64,000 nt of DNA, from positions 1,029 through 65,028 of the forward strand of contig CANQUS010000009.1 in NCBI GenBank assembly GCA_947627055.1. Reading direction: 5' to 3'. The translations under genes and the position numbers were made by a program. Below, in pieces: positions 10,476-20,450 of the stretch. Below the pieces are notes generated by a model that was given only the letters and a program-made list of their open reading frames with translations, made no database searches and was not told the DNA's origin. This stretch comes from an uncultured Clostridia bacterium (GTDB lineage: Bacteria > Bacillota > Clostridia > Oscillospirales > Acutalibacteraceae). Numbering within the stretch: the first letter of the stretch is position 1; the number at the start of each line of letters is the position of its first letter.

Positions 10476-13136
10476 ATGGACTGGCACGCACAATCCTCAA
10501 CCGAAGTCATAAAAAGTCTTAAAACCGATGCAAAAAACGGTCTTACCTCCTCGGAAGCACGCCGCAGGCTTGAAAGGTACGGCGCTAACCGTCTGCACGA
10601 GCAAAAAAAGCCGTCCCTACTCGCAAAATTTATCGCGCAGTTTTCGGATTTTATGGTACTCATTCTCCTCATGGCAGCGGGTATTTCCTTTGTGACAGCT
10701 ATCATCGAGGGGACGGGAGATTTTATAGACCCTATAATGATCTTGCTTATCGTCATAATCAATGCTATAACAGGAGTTATTCAAGAGGATCGTGCCGAAA
10801 AGGCGATAGATGCCCTCAAAAAACTGAGCGCGCCCCACGCTCGCGTCATCCGCGACGGCAGAGAAATGAGTATTTTGTCCGAGGAGGTAGTTCCTGGCGA
10901 TATAGTAGTTGTCGAAACGGGGGACATACTGTGCTGTGATGCGAGGATCATCACCGACTCGGCTCTCAAGTCCGAGGAATCCTCTCTCACCGGCGAGGCA
11001 GTCCCTTCCGAGAAAAACGGCGGCATGATATGCGACTGTAACGCTCCGATAGGCGACCGCCGCAATATGCTTTTTTCAACAGGCATAATATCCTCAGGCA
11101 GTGCGACCGCCGTCGCCGTCGCAACGGGCATGAGAACTCAGGTAGGCAAAATAGCCGAGCTGATAAACGAGGAGGAAAGCCCGAAAACCCCGCTCCAGAA
11201 AAGTCTTGCGAAAACAGGAAAGCTGCTCGGAATAGGCGCGCTTGCGATATGCGCGGCTATATTTATCCTCGGCTTAATGCAGCAGATACCGCCGCTCAAT
11301 ATGTTCATGATCTCGATAAGCCTTGCTGTCGCGGCTATCCCCGAGGGCTTGCCTGCGGTAGTCACAATAGTCCTCGCACTCGGCGTCAAGCGCATGGCGT
11401 CGAAACGCGCGATAGTCCGCAGGATGCCAGCCGTCGAAACTCTCGGGAGAGCCAATGTTATATGCTCAGACAAGACAGGCACACTCACTCAAAACCGCAT
11501 GACCGTCACAAGGCTCGAAACCCAGTCCGGGGCAGTAAGCTTTAATTCATCGGATGGCGCGTTCGCTCTTTCGCTGTGTACGCTCTGCAACAACAGCAGG
11601 CTCAACGCGGATGGTACAGCCTATGGCGACCCCACAGAGGGAGCTCTGATAATAGCCGCATCAATAGCCGGACGCACGAAAGAAAAGTTAGAGTCGGAGC
11701 TTCCGCGTGTTAGGGAATTTCCGTTTGACTCGGTGCGCAAGCGTATGACGACGGTACATAAGCTGAAAACAGGCGGCTACCGCATCATCACGAAGGGTGC
11801 GCCCGATATGCTCCTGCCGCTGTGTACATCGACATCAAACGGTCACGGCATGAACAATGCTCTGCGCCGAGAGCTTTTGTCGAAAAACGAAAAAATGGCG
11901 TCCGACGCTCTTAGAGTGCTTGCCGTTGCTTACCGCGACACGGACAAAATCCCCACATCCGCTGATGACGCCGAGCGAGGACTGATATTTACGGCATTCG
12001 CGGGCATGATAGACCCTCCCCGCCCCGAGGCAAAGCTCGCTGTCGCACGTTGCAAAACAGCGGGTATCAAACCAGTAATGATAACGGGCGATCACATCGA
12101 AACAGCACGGGCTATCGCACGGGAGCTCGGCATATATACGAACGGCGACAAATCAATGACCGGCGCGGAGCTTGATAAGCTCTCCGACGACGATCTGAAG
12201 AAAAATATATTCTCATACTCTGTCTTTGCCCGTGTATCACCGGAGCATAAGGTGAGGATCGTCAAGGCGTTCCGTTCTGCATCGGCGGTCGTCGCAATGA
12301 CCGGCGACGGAGTGAACGACGCTCCCGCTCTCAAGGCTGCCGACATCGGCTGCGCCATGGGCATAACAGGTACAGACGTTGCAAAAGGCGCCGCCGATAT
12401 GGTGCTTACTGATGACAATTTTTCAACCATTGTTGACGCTGTTTCCGAGGGCAGAGGGATATACGAGAACATCAAAAAAACAGTCCACTTCCTGCTGTCT
12501 AGCAATATAGGAGAGATCATCACCGTTTTCACATCGTTTCTTCTGCGGCTGCCGTCGCCGCTGCTCGCCATACAGCTTTTGTGGGTAAATCTTGTCACTG
12601 ACAGCCTGCCCGCGCTCGCTCTCGGCGTCGAGCCTACTCCCGACGACATAATGGAAAGAAAGCCGAACGATTCAAAGAAAAGCCTTTTCGCTGACGGAAT
12701 GGTTTTCAATATAGCTGTCGAGGGCTGCTTTATCGGCGCGCTGTCATTCCTCGCTTTCACTATAGGGCGTGTTTTCTTCGACAAAGGCGGTGAACCGATA
12801 ATCGGACGTACAATGACCTTTGCTTCGCTCAGCCTTTGTCAGCTCGTACATTCGTTCAATATAAAAAGTGAACACTCCATCTTCAAGGGAGGTCTATTCA
12901 CAAATCCTAAGCTGATAATCGCATTCATTGTAGGCATTATCATGCAGGTCTCCGTAATATCTATACCGCCGCTTGCCGCTGTATTCAAGGCAACTCCACT
13001 TTCTCCGCTTCAATGGATGATAGTTGCGGGCTTATCACTCATTCCGCTGATAGTCGTAGAAACAGAAAAGCTCATATCATCCGTAAGAAAAGAGAGAAAT
13101 CGTTTATTGCCGATAGGCAGTATAGTCAGCCGTTGA
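10476..13136 (+). CDS. calcium-translocating P-type ATPase (PMCA/SERCA-like)
   Basis: 886-aa ORF with DKTGTLT phosphorylation motif, TGDGVNDAPAL hinge motif and an N-terminal cation-ATPase domain. Confidence 0.9.
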   Translation: MDWHAQSSTEVIKSLKTDAKNGLTSSEARRRLERYGANRLHEQKKPSLLAKFIAQFSDFMVLILLMAAGISFVTAIIEGTGDFIDPIMILLIVIINAITGVIQEDRAEKAIDALKKLSAPHARVIRDGREMSILSEEVVPGDIVVVETGDILCCDARIITDSALKSEESSLTGEAVPSEKNGGMICDCNAPIGDRRNMLFSTGIISSGSATAVAVATGMRTQVGKIAELINEEESPKTPLQKSLAKTGKLLGIGALAICAAIFILGLMQQIPPLNMFMISISLAVAAIPEGLPAVVTIVLALGVKRMASKRAIVRRMPAVETLGRANVICSDKTGTLTQNRMTVTRLETQSGAVSFNSSDGAFALSLCTLCNNSRLNADGTAYGDPTEGALIIAASIAGRTKEKLESELPRVREFPFDSVRKRMTTVHKLKTGGYRIITKGAPDMLLPLCTSTSNGHGMNNALRRELLSKNEKMASDALRVLAVAYRDTDKIPTSADDAERGLIFTAFAGMIDPPRPEAKLAVARCKTAGIKPVMITGDHIETARAIARELGIYTNGDKSMTGAELDKLSDDDLKKNIFSYSVFARVSPEHKVRIVKAFRSASAVVAMTGDGVNDAPALKAADIGCAMGITGTDVAKGAADMVLTDDNFSTIVDAVSEGRGIYENIKKTVHFLLSSNIGEIITVFTSFLLRLPSPLLAIQLLWVNLVTDSLPALALGVEPTPDDIMERKPNDSKKSLFADGMVFNIAVEGCFIGALSFLAFTIGRVFFDKGGEPIIGRTMTFASLSLCQLVHSFNIKSEHSIFKGGLFTNPKLIIAFIVGIIMQVSVISIPPLAAVFKATPLSPLQWMIVAGLSLIPLIVVETEKLISSVRKERNRLLPIGSIVSR

Positions 13137-13272
13137 TTTGTTATATATACAGAATTATACATTTTAAGGAGCTGTCGCACTAAGATTTGAGGAATAAACG
13201 TACTAAATTCGGTTAAAATTCAGTTTTAGACCAAGCCTTCTTCAAAAGGCTTGCGGTTTGTAATATATCACC

Positions 13273-13301
13273 TCGCCGCCCGTGGCGGCGATATTTATTT
13301 T
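13273..13301 (+). terminator. rho-independent terminator downstream of the P-type ATPase
   Basis: Stem tcgccgcc / ggcggcga with loop cgt, followed by tatttatttt. Confidence 0.75.
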
Positions 13302-13328
13302 GTGCAGTATTTTCAGAACTGAATAAAA

Positions 13329-13375
13329 GGGGTATCGCTTAAGTTTTTAAACCTTAATGCGACACCCTCTTTTCT
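13329..13375. terminator. second, bidirectional-looking hairpin
   Basis: Imperfect 14-bp stem ggggtatcgcttaag / cttaatgcgacaccc with an A-run before it and a T-run after it. Confidence 0.5.
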
Positions 13376-13533
13376 TAATATACGAGATTTTTAAAAATTT
13401 ATTTTAATTTTTTAAAGGGATTTTTATATTTTTAGCGTATATATTGATATGAGGTTTTGCAAACTTTTGTATGTTTTTTGATTTCGGCTGCCTTTTAAAC
13501 TGTCAGTCGGCTATATTATGAAGGTTATCGGAG

Positions 13534-14541
13534 ATGATGGCTTTGAATATACGAGAACAAACCGAAAAAATCGAGGAGCAAACGCTCTCTCCTCTTGCAG
13601 CTCTCGCAAAAAACAGTGTCGGCCGTGAAAAAGCTGAAATCGACTGTTCCGTCAGGACCTGCTTTCAGCGCGACAGGGACAGGATAATTCATTGCAAAGC
13701 CTTCAGAAGGCTGAAGCATAAAACTCAGGTATTTCTATCTCCTGAGGGCGACCATTACAGGACACGTCTTACACATACACTTGAGGTTTCGCAAATCGCG
13801 AGAACTATCGCGCGTGCCTTGCGACTTAACGAGGATTTGACGGAAGCTGTTTCCCTAGGTCACGACCTAGGTCACACTCCGTTCGGTCATGCAGGAGAAC
13901 GTGCCTTGAACGACATTTCTCCGAACGGCTTCCAACACTATGAGCAAAGCGTTCGCGTCGTCGATTATCTCGAAAAGGACGGCGTCGGGCTTAACCTGAC
14001 GTTTGAGACACGAAACGGGATACTCTGCCACACACGAGGTGAACAGGCAGTAACTCTCGAGGGCAGGATAGTTCGCTTAGCTGACAGGATAGCCTACATA
14101 AACCACGACATCGACGACGCTATACGAGGGGGTATAATATCCGAAAGCGATATTCCGTATCGCATTCAGAGCGTTCTCGGCAGCAAAACGAGCGATCGCA
14201 TAAACCGTCTTGTAATCTCAGTTATAGAGAACTCACAAAACGGAGAGATAACTATGTCGGAGAATGTCAAAAAATACTTTGACGAGCTTCACTCGTTTAT
14301 GTTTGAATCCGTTTACAAAAACGAATTTGCTAAGGGCGAGGAAAAAAAGATACCGAAGCTTATAGAAACACTGTACACATATTTTTACAAGCATCCGCAG
14401 AAAATCCCGCAGGAGATTATAAGGCTTTCGGACGGAGACCTTGACCGCGCAGTATGCGACTATATCGCGGGCATGACGGATCATTATGCCGTGGAACTGT
14501 TCAAGGAAATTTTGATACCTAAATCATGGAATAAACTTTAG
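13534..14541 (+). CDS. dgt: dGTPase-like HD-domain triphosphohydrolase
   Basis: 335-aa ORF with HD motif (LGHDLGHTPFGH) in the position upstream of dnaG-rpoD. Confidence 0.8.
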   Translation: MMALNIREQTEKIEEQTLSPLAALAKNSVGREKAEIDCSVRTCFQRDRDRIIHCKAFRRLKHKTQVFLSPEGDHYRTRLTHTLEVSQIARTIARALRLNEDLTEAVSLGHDLGHTPFGHAGERALNDISPNGFQHYEQSVRVVDYLEKDGVGLNLTFETRNGILCHTRGEQAVTLEGRIVRLADRIAYINHDIDDAIRGGIISESDIPYRIQSVLGSKTSDRINRLVISVIENSQNGEITMSENVKKYFDELHSFMFESVYKNEFAKGEEKKIPKLIETLYTYFYKHPQKIPQEIIRLSDGDLDRAVCDYIAGMTDHYAVELFKEILIPKSWNKL

Positions 14542-14567
14542 TATGTCTGATCTATATATAAAGGGGG

Positions 14568-16343
14568 TTGAGCATCATTCCGTTACCCGATGATTTTTTA
14601 CAGGAGCTCAAGCTCCGCACCGATATTGTAAGTGTTATCTCAGAATATGTCAATCTGAAAAGAAGCGGACGGAATCTCGTGGGACTTTGTCCGTTCCACA
14701 GTGAGAAAACTCCGTCCTTTAATGTTTCCCCCGAAAACGGCTTTTTTCATTGTTTCGGATGCGGTGCGGGCGGAGATGTTATAACATTTATAAGGAGGAT
14801 CGAAAACCTCGATTACATAGACGCCGTCAAACTGCTTGCATCACGAGCAGGGCTTGAAGTTCCGACCGACACGGCTTCAAACGGCATGGGTGAGCTGAGA
14901 AAGCGTATTTATGAAGCAAACCGAGAGGCGGCTCGTTTTTACCACAAGATGCTATACTCCTATGAAGGTGCGAAAGGGCTTTCATATCTGCGCGGGCGCT
15001 CGCTTTCGGAGGCAACAATAAAGCACTTCGGGCTCGGTTACTCGCCTCCGTCACGATATGCCCTTGTTGACTATCTCCGCTCAAAAGGCTTCAAGGATTC
15101 GGAGCTTGTCAGCGCTAATCTTGCGTTTATGTCTCGCAGCGGTCACGCGATCGACAGGTTCGCCGACAGGGTAATGTTTCCGATAATTGATGTGAGAGGA
15201 AATGTGATCGCTTTCGGAGGCAGAATAATGTCTGACGAAAAGCCCAAATATCTCAACACATCTGATACGCCTGTCTTCAAAAAAAGCTCTAACCTTTTTG
15301 CGCTTAATTTTGCGAAAAACGTCGGCGAGGGTATGTTGATTCTCTGTGAGGGCTATATGGATGTGATTGCTCTTCATCAGGCGGGCTTTCAGAATGCCGT
15401 CGCGACCCTAGGTACAGCTATCACAACAGAACAGGCTATGATAATCAAACGATATGCCGATGAAATCGCTATATGCTACGATGCCGATGAAGCGGGTCAA
15501 AAGGCAACGACGCGAGCAATCGGTATACTTCGTCCGACAGGCATCAAAATCAGGGTAGTCACTGTTCCGAGCGGAAAAGACCCCGACGAGTTCATACGCT
15601 CCTACGGCGAGCAGGGGACGGCGCGTTTCCGCAAGCTTCTTGACGTAAGCGGGAACGATATACGCTATCAAATCGAAAAGCTGCGCAAAAAGCACGATAC
15701 ACAAATTCCCGAGCAGCGCGTCACCTTTCTCACCGAATGCGCGAAGCTGCTTGCGAAGCTCGACAACAGCATCGAGCTTGATGTTTACGCTGGTGAGCTT
15801 GCCGAGGAACTCGCCGTCACTAAAAACTCCATAATATCGCAAATCGAAAAATACAAAAAGCAGTCATACAGAAAAGCTCGCAAGGAGGAAATGCGAAATA
15901 TCATGCTGACTACCTCTGCCGCCGCAGACAGGATAAATCCCGAAAAGCACAGAAATCTTCGGGCCGCAAGCGCCGAGGAAGCTATCATCGCGTTACTAAT
16001 AAATAACCCTGACTTAGCCGATACTATACTGTCACGGATCGATCCGGACAAATTCATCACATCATTTAACAGGCGTATATTTACGCTTCTTATAGACCGT
16101 ATAAACGATTCACGCCCCATATCGTTGATGGATATTTCAGGTGAGCTTTCAAACGAAGAGATCGGCAGCGTTGCTTCAATTTTAAACGCCAGACCGCGCG
16201 AAAACAATCCTAAACAGGCGGCAAACGATTATATAAATATTCTGCTTGACGAAAATGATAAGATGACGCCCGAAAAAGCGGTCTCCGCAAGCGCCGAGGA
16301 AATCATGGAACATATGAAAAAATTAAAGGAAAGAAAAAAATAG
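14568..16343 (+). CDS. dnaG: DNA primase
   Basis: 591-aa ORF with zinc finger CPFHSEKTPSF...FHCFGCGAGGD and TOPRIM motif EGYMDVIAL. TTG start after GGGGG. Confidence 0.92.
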   Translation: MSIIPLPDDFLQELKLRTDIVSVISEYVNLKRSGRNLVGLCPFHSEKTPSFNVSPENGFFHCFGCGAGGDVITFIRRIENLDYIDAVKLLASRAGLEVPTDTASNGMGELRKRIYEANREAARFYHKMLYSYEGAKGLSYLRGRSLSEATIKHFGLGYSPPSRYALVDYLRSKGFKDSELVSANLAFMSRSGHAIDRFADRVMFPIIDVRGNVIAFGGRIMSDEKPKYLNTSDTPVFKKSSNLFALNFAKNVGEGMLILCEGYMDVIALHQAGFQNAVATLGTAITTEQAMIIKRYADEIAICYDADEAGQKATTRAIGILRPTGIKIRVVTVPSGKDPDEFIRSYGEQGTARFRKLLDVSGNDIRYQIEKLRKKHDTQIPEQRVTFLTECAKLLAKLDNSIELDVYAGELAEELAVTKNSIISQIEKYKKQSYRKARKEEMRNIMLTTSAAADRINPEKHRNLRAASAEEAIIALLINNPDLADTILSRIDPDKFITSFNRRIFTLLIDRINDSRPISLMDISGELSNEEIGSVASILNARPRENNPKQAANDYINILLDENDKMTPEKAVSASAEEIMEHMKKLKERKK

Positions 16344-16355
16344 GAGGGCATAAAA

Positions 16356-17456
16356 ATGAACACAACGCCTCAACAGGAAAAGAAAACAGTAAATCCGCTG
16401 AAATTACTTCTTGATATAGGAAAAGCCAAGGGACAAATCTCAAGCAAGGAGATCCTTGACACTCTCGGCGATGATATCGAGCCTGAGCAGATCGAAAAAA
16501 TCTACGACACGCTCGAGTCAAACGGAATAGAGATCATAGAAGACATGGATGACATCGCCCTTGACACTTTCGACGTAAGCGACGGTGATAATGACGATAA
16601 TGATGCTGAGCCTGCTCCTGACGGAATAACGATCGACGATCCCGTCAAAATTTATCTCAAGGAAATCGGTCGTGTTCCCCTCCTCAGCCCCGATGAGGAA
16701 ATAGAACTCGCCATAAAAATTTCCGAGGGCGATACCGCGGCGAAACAGCGGCTTTCAGAGGCAAACCTCAGGCTTGTTGTCAGCATTGCAAAACGTTACT
16801 TGGGCAGAGGTATGCAGTTCCTTGATTTAATTCAGGAGGGCAATCTGGGACTTATGAAAGCCGTCGAGAAGTTCGACTGCACGAAGGGCTTTAAGTTCTC
16901 AACATATGCCACATGGTGGATCCGCCAAGCCATAACAAGGGCGATAGCCGACCAGGCGAGAACTATTCGCATACCCGTCCATATGGTGGAAACTATCAAC
17001 AAGGTCAAGAAGGTATCAAGCCAGCTTCTTCATCAAAACGGTCATGAGCCGTCTGCCGAGGAGATTGCTTGCGAGCTTGATATGTCGGTTGACAAGGTTC
17101 GAGAAATTATGCGTGTAGCCCAGGAACCTGTATCGCTCGAAACACCCATCGGCGAGGAGGAGGACAGTCATCTCGGCGACTTTATTCCCGACGACGACGC
17201 TCCCGCACCTCAGGACGCGGCGTCGCACACACTTCTCAAGGAGCAGCTTTCGGAGGTTCTCTCAACGCTCACTACGCGGGAGGAAAAGGTTCTCAGACTT
17301 CGTTTCGGTCTTGAGGACGGACGTTCACGCACGCTCGAGGAGGTCGGCAGGGAGTTTAATGTCACACGGGAGCGCATAAGGCAAATCGAGGCAAAAGCCC
17401 TCAGAAAGCTCCGTCACCCCAGCCGCAGCAAAAAGCTAAAGGATTTCCTCGACTAA
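16356..17456 (+). CDS. rpoD: primary RNA polymerase sigma factor
   Basis: 366-aa ORF with region 2 [13 protein letters not shown] and region 4.2 [28 protein letters not shown]. It has an acidic region 1 and follows dnaG. Confidence 0.93.
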   Translation: MNTTPQQEKKTVNPLKLLLDIGKAKGQISSKEILDTLGDDIEPEQIEKIYDTLESNGIEIIEDMDDIALDTFDVSDGDNDDNDAEPAPDGITIDDPVKIYLKEIGRVPLLSPDEEIELAIKISEGDTAAKQRLSEANLRLVVSIAKRYLGRGMQFLDLIQEGNLGLMKAVEKFDCTKGFKFSTYATWWIRQAITRAIADQARTIRIPVHMVETINKVKKVSSQLLHQNGHEPSAEEIACELDMSVDKVREIMRVAQEPVSLETPIGEEEDSHLGDFIPDDDAPAPQDAASHTLLKEQLSEVLSTLTTREEKVLRLRFGLEDGRSRTLEEVGREFNVTRERIRQIEAKALRKLRHPSRSKKLKDFLD

Positions 17457-17477
17457 CGGTCGAGTACCTCGACACGA

Positions 17478-17620
17478 AAGTCACGTTGGTCGTTTTTCGC
17501 CGTACGGCTAAAAACTTCGACACTGATAATGATCGCTTGTGTACCGCGATTGTAGGCAGTTAGCACTGAGCTTGCGTTAGCTGACGGCATTTCATTTGTA
17601 ACTTAGTCCCCACGCAGACA
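17478..17620. repeat. left copy of an intergenic repeat flanking the GNAT gene (inverted relative to the right copies)
   Basis: By eye, ggtcgtttttcgccgtacggctaaaaacttcgac ... gtaccgcg ... agttagcactgag ... ctgacg ... acttagtccccacgcagaca matches the reverse complement of 18247-18470. Confidence 0.7.
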
Positions 17621-17661
17621 AGAGCGTCCTCTATAAACACTATATTAAAAAACTGAGATTT

Positions 17662-18111
17662 ATGGGTGATGGCATGGTCAGAGAAATTAAAAATAATGAA
17701 TTATATGAACTATTAGAATTGTACTTATTTTTGCATGAGGAATCTGTTCCGAAGATGACAGAGCATTTAAAAAATACATGGAATGCAATCATGCAGGATG
17801 AGAATCATCACATTATTGTCGACGAGATAGAGGGTAAAATAGTATCCTCCTGCGTATGCGTGATTATTCCGAATCTTACAAGAAATATACAACCATATGC
17901 CTTTATAGAAAACCTCGTCACACATAGAGATTACAGAGGGAAAGGATATGCAACAGAATGTATGCGTTATGCGCAGAAAATAGCGGAGAAAGCTAACTGT
18001 TATAAAATGATGTTGTTGACAGGCTCAAAAAAAGAAGCAACACTGAAATTTTATCGTAATGCAGGATATAATTGCAGCGATAAGACAGCCTTCATTCAAT
18101 GGCTTAAATAA
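17662..18111 (+). CDS. GNAT family N-acetyltransferase
   Basis: 149-aa ORF with acetyl-CoA binding core VTHRDYRGKGYATECMRYA. It is visibly more AT-rich than its neighbours. Confidence 0.8.
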   Translation: MGDGMVREIKNNELYELLELYLFLHEESVPKMTEHLKNTWNAIMQDENHHIIVDEIEGKIVSSCVCVIIPNLTRNIQPYAFIENLVTHRDYRGKGYATECMRYAQKIAEKANCYKMMLLTGSKKEATLKFYRNAGYNCSDKTAFIQWLK

Positions 18112-18155
18112 TCTTTGCAAACCCTGATTATCTTAATACAGTTTTTCACATAAAA

Positions 18156-18193
18156 AATGGTGTAACACATAAAGGTGTTGCACCATTTTTATT
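18156..18193 (+). terminator. rho-independent terminator after the GNAT gene
   Basis: Stem aatggtgtaacac / ggtgttgcaccatt followed by ttttatt. Confidence 0.8.
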
Positions 18194-18246
18194 AAGATAG
18201 CGAATAGCTTACTTCGTGTGCTGATCTCTGCTGCCAATATTATACG

Positions 18247-18533
18247 TCAGCACACATTGTGCCACGCCACGCGAGTTCAGTGCTAACTAAGTCCTGCGCG
18301 GTACATCATAGTCCCCTGACGACGTCGAAATTTTTCGCCGTACGGCGAAAAATGACCTCGCGACTTGACTGCGGAGGCACTCCGCCGCATAATCGCTCGC
18401 TTACGCTCCGCTCGACATTAGCAAGAGCCGTTTATGTCCGCGTGGGGACTAAGTTTCCAATGAACGGCAATCAGCACACATTGTGCCACGCCACGCGAGT
18501 ACAGCGCTAAATACATACTGCGCGACGTCCCGC
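18247..18533. repeat. about 1.3 tandem units (period ~224 bp) of the same repeat, including a 22-nt perfect palindrome
   Basis: The 40-mer tcagcacacattgtgccacgccacgcgagt.cag.gctaa occurs at 18247-18286 and 18471-18510. The palindrome tttttcgccgtacggcgaaaaa lies at 18331-18352. Confidence 0.75.
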
Positions 18534-20416
18534 TATTCGAGTTCAAACGCGCCGGTGTATAGACGGTAATACTGCCCCCTTTGCTTGATAAGCTCTTCAT
18601 GACTTCCGCGCTCAATTATGCGTCCAAGCTCAAGAACCATGATAACATCGGAGTTACGAACGGTAGAAAGCCTGTGAGCTATAACAAATACCGTTCTGCC
18701 GTACATAAGTCCGTCCATTCCCCGCTGAACGATCTCCTCTGTTCTTGTATCGATCGAGCTTGTCGCCTCATCGAGTATCATTACGGGCGGATCCGCGACA
18801 GCCGCTCTCGCGATAGAGATAAGCTGACGCTGACCTTGTGAAAGCTCCGAGCCGCTGCCCGATATTACCGTGTTATAACCGTTCGGCAGGTGCTTTATAA
18901 AACCGTCGGCGTTCGCGAGCTTTGCGGCGGCTATGCACTCCTCATCGGTGGCATTCAGATTGCCATACCTGATGTTTTCCATAACAGTACCCGAAAACAG
19001 GTTTACATCCTGCAAAACTATACCGATAGAGCGGCGCAGATCACTTTTTTTGATTTTGTTGATGTTTATTCCATCATAACGCACCTTGCCGTCGGCAATA
19101 TCATAAAAGCGGTTAATTAGATTCGTAATAGTGGTCTTGCCCGCGCCTGTCGCACCGACAAATGCGACCTTCTGACCCGGCTTAGCATAGAGAGATACAT
19201 CATGCAGAACTATCTTATCCTCTACATATCCGAAATCAACGTCATAGAAACGAACCTCTCCCTTTAGCTGCGTGTATGTTACCGTACCGTCTGAGTGCGG
19301 ATGTTTCCATGCCCAAATTCCTGTGCGCTCCACACTTTCAACAAGCTCGTCATTTTCGCCGTACTTAGCATTGACAAGAGTGACATATCCATCGTCCACC
19401 TCCGGCTCCTCGTCCATCAGCTCGAAAATTCTCTCCGCACCTGCTAAAGCCATAATAACGGAGTTGAGCTGCTGCGAGATTTGTCCCATCGGGTTTGTAA
19501 ACGATTTTGAAAGGTTTAAAAACGAAGCTATTGAACCAAGCGTAACGCCGCCTATGTTGTTTATCGCAAATATACCGCCGACAATAGCTATAAGAATATA
19601 TTGAACGTTGCCGAGGTTCATCATTACAGGCATAAGTATGTTCGCAAATGTATTTGCCGACGCCGCATTATGGTAAAGCTCTTCGTTCTTCTCGTCAAAC
19701 AGTTCCTTCGCCTTTTCCTCGTGACAAAAGACCTTGATGACCTTCTGGCCGTTTATCATTTCCTCAATATAGCCGTTTACATCGCCCAAGGATTGCTGTT
19801 GACGAATAAAATACTTCGCGCTGTTTTTCGCTATTTTTCCGGTTATAAACAGCATAAAAGCAACAAACAAAAGAACAAGAAGCGTCATCCACAGATTCAT
19901 GGCTACCATTGTACAAAATACTGAAACAATAGTCACGAGCGATGCAAACATCTGAGGCAGACTCTGTGAGATCATCTGTCGGAGAGTATCCGTATCATTA
20001 GTATATCGGCTCATCAAATCGCCATGAGAGTGCGTGTCAAAATATTTTATCGGAAGCGTCTGCATATGATCAAACATCTCGTCACGGATGCTTTTGAGGA
20101 CGCCCTGCGATACAGTGACCATCAATCTGTTGTAAAGCAGCGTCGAAACGATCCCAACAATATAGATCCCCGCGACAAATAGTATGGCAGTCAAAAGTCC
20201 CGAAAAGTCCGGCTCCGCCTCTATAAGAAGCGGATTGATATAATTATCTATAAGCACCTTCAGGAAAATTGACGATACAACACCGGTAAGTGCGCTTAAA
20301 AGAATACATATAAGAACTATTAACAATCTTACCTTATATTTAAAAACGTATGAGAGAAGACGCTTAATGGTTTTTCCCATGTTTTTGCTCACAGGCTTTT
20401 TGTCAGGCTTGCTCAT
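18533..20416 (-). CDS. ABC exporter, fused permease/ATPase (heterodimer partner 2)
   Basis: 627-aa ORF with six N-terminal TM segments, Walker A GATGAGKTT and signature LSQGQRQ. Confidence 0.9.
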   Translation of the reverse strand: MSKPDKKPVSKNMGKTIKRLLSYVFKYKVRLLIVLICILLSALTGVVSSIFLKVLIDNYINPLLIEAEPDFSGLLTAILFVAGIYIVGIVSTLLYNRLMVTVSQGVLKSIRDEMFDHMQTLPIKYFDTHSHGDLMSRYTNDTDTLRQMISQSLPQMFASLVTIVSVFCTMVAMNLWMTLLVLLFVAFMLFITGKIAKNSAKYFIRQQQSLGDVNGYIEEMINGQKVIKVFCHEEKAKELFDEKNEELYHNAASANTFANILMPVMMNLGNVQYILIAIVGGIFAINNIGGVTLGSIASFLNLSKSFTNPMGQISQQLNSVIMALAGAERIFELMDEEPEVDDGYVTLVNAKYGENDELVESVERTGIWAWKHPHSDGTVTYTQLKGEVRFYDVDFGYVEDKIVLHDVSLYAKPGQKVAFVGATGAGKTTITNLINRFYDIADGKVRYDGININKIKKSDLRRSIGIVLQDVNLFSGTVMENIRYGNLNATDEECIAAAKLANADGFIKHLPNGYNTVISGSGSELSQGQRQLISIARAAVADPPVMILDEATSSIDTRTEEIVQRGMDGLMYGRTVFVIAHRLSTVRNSDVIMVLELGRIIERGSHEELIKQRGQYYRLYTGAFELE

Positions 20417-20450
20417 GGTATTCTGTCATTCCTTTCTCAATTATTATTAG

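Noticed and set aside
12092-12784. 230-aa ORF antisense to the P-type ATPase gene
   Set aside because: It lies wholly inside a well-supported 886-aa gene on the other strand. Its composition is low-complexity and Ser/Ala/Pro-rich, typical of antisense frames, and it has no recognisable domain.
18259-18615. 83-aa and 65-aa ORFs in the space right of the GNAT gene
   Set aside because: They lie entirely in the repeat units and have Arg/Ser/Thr-rich composition. The sequence is better explained as non-coding repeat.
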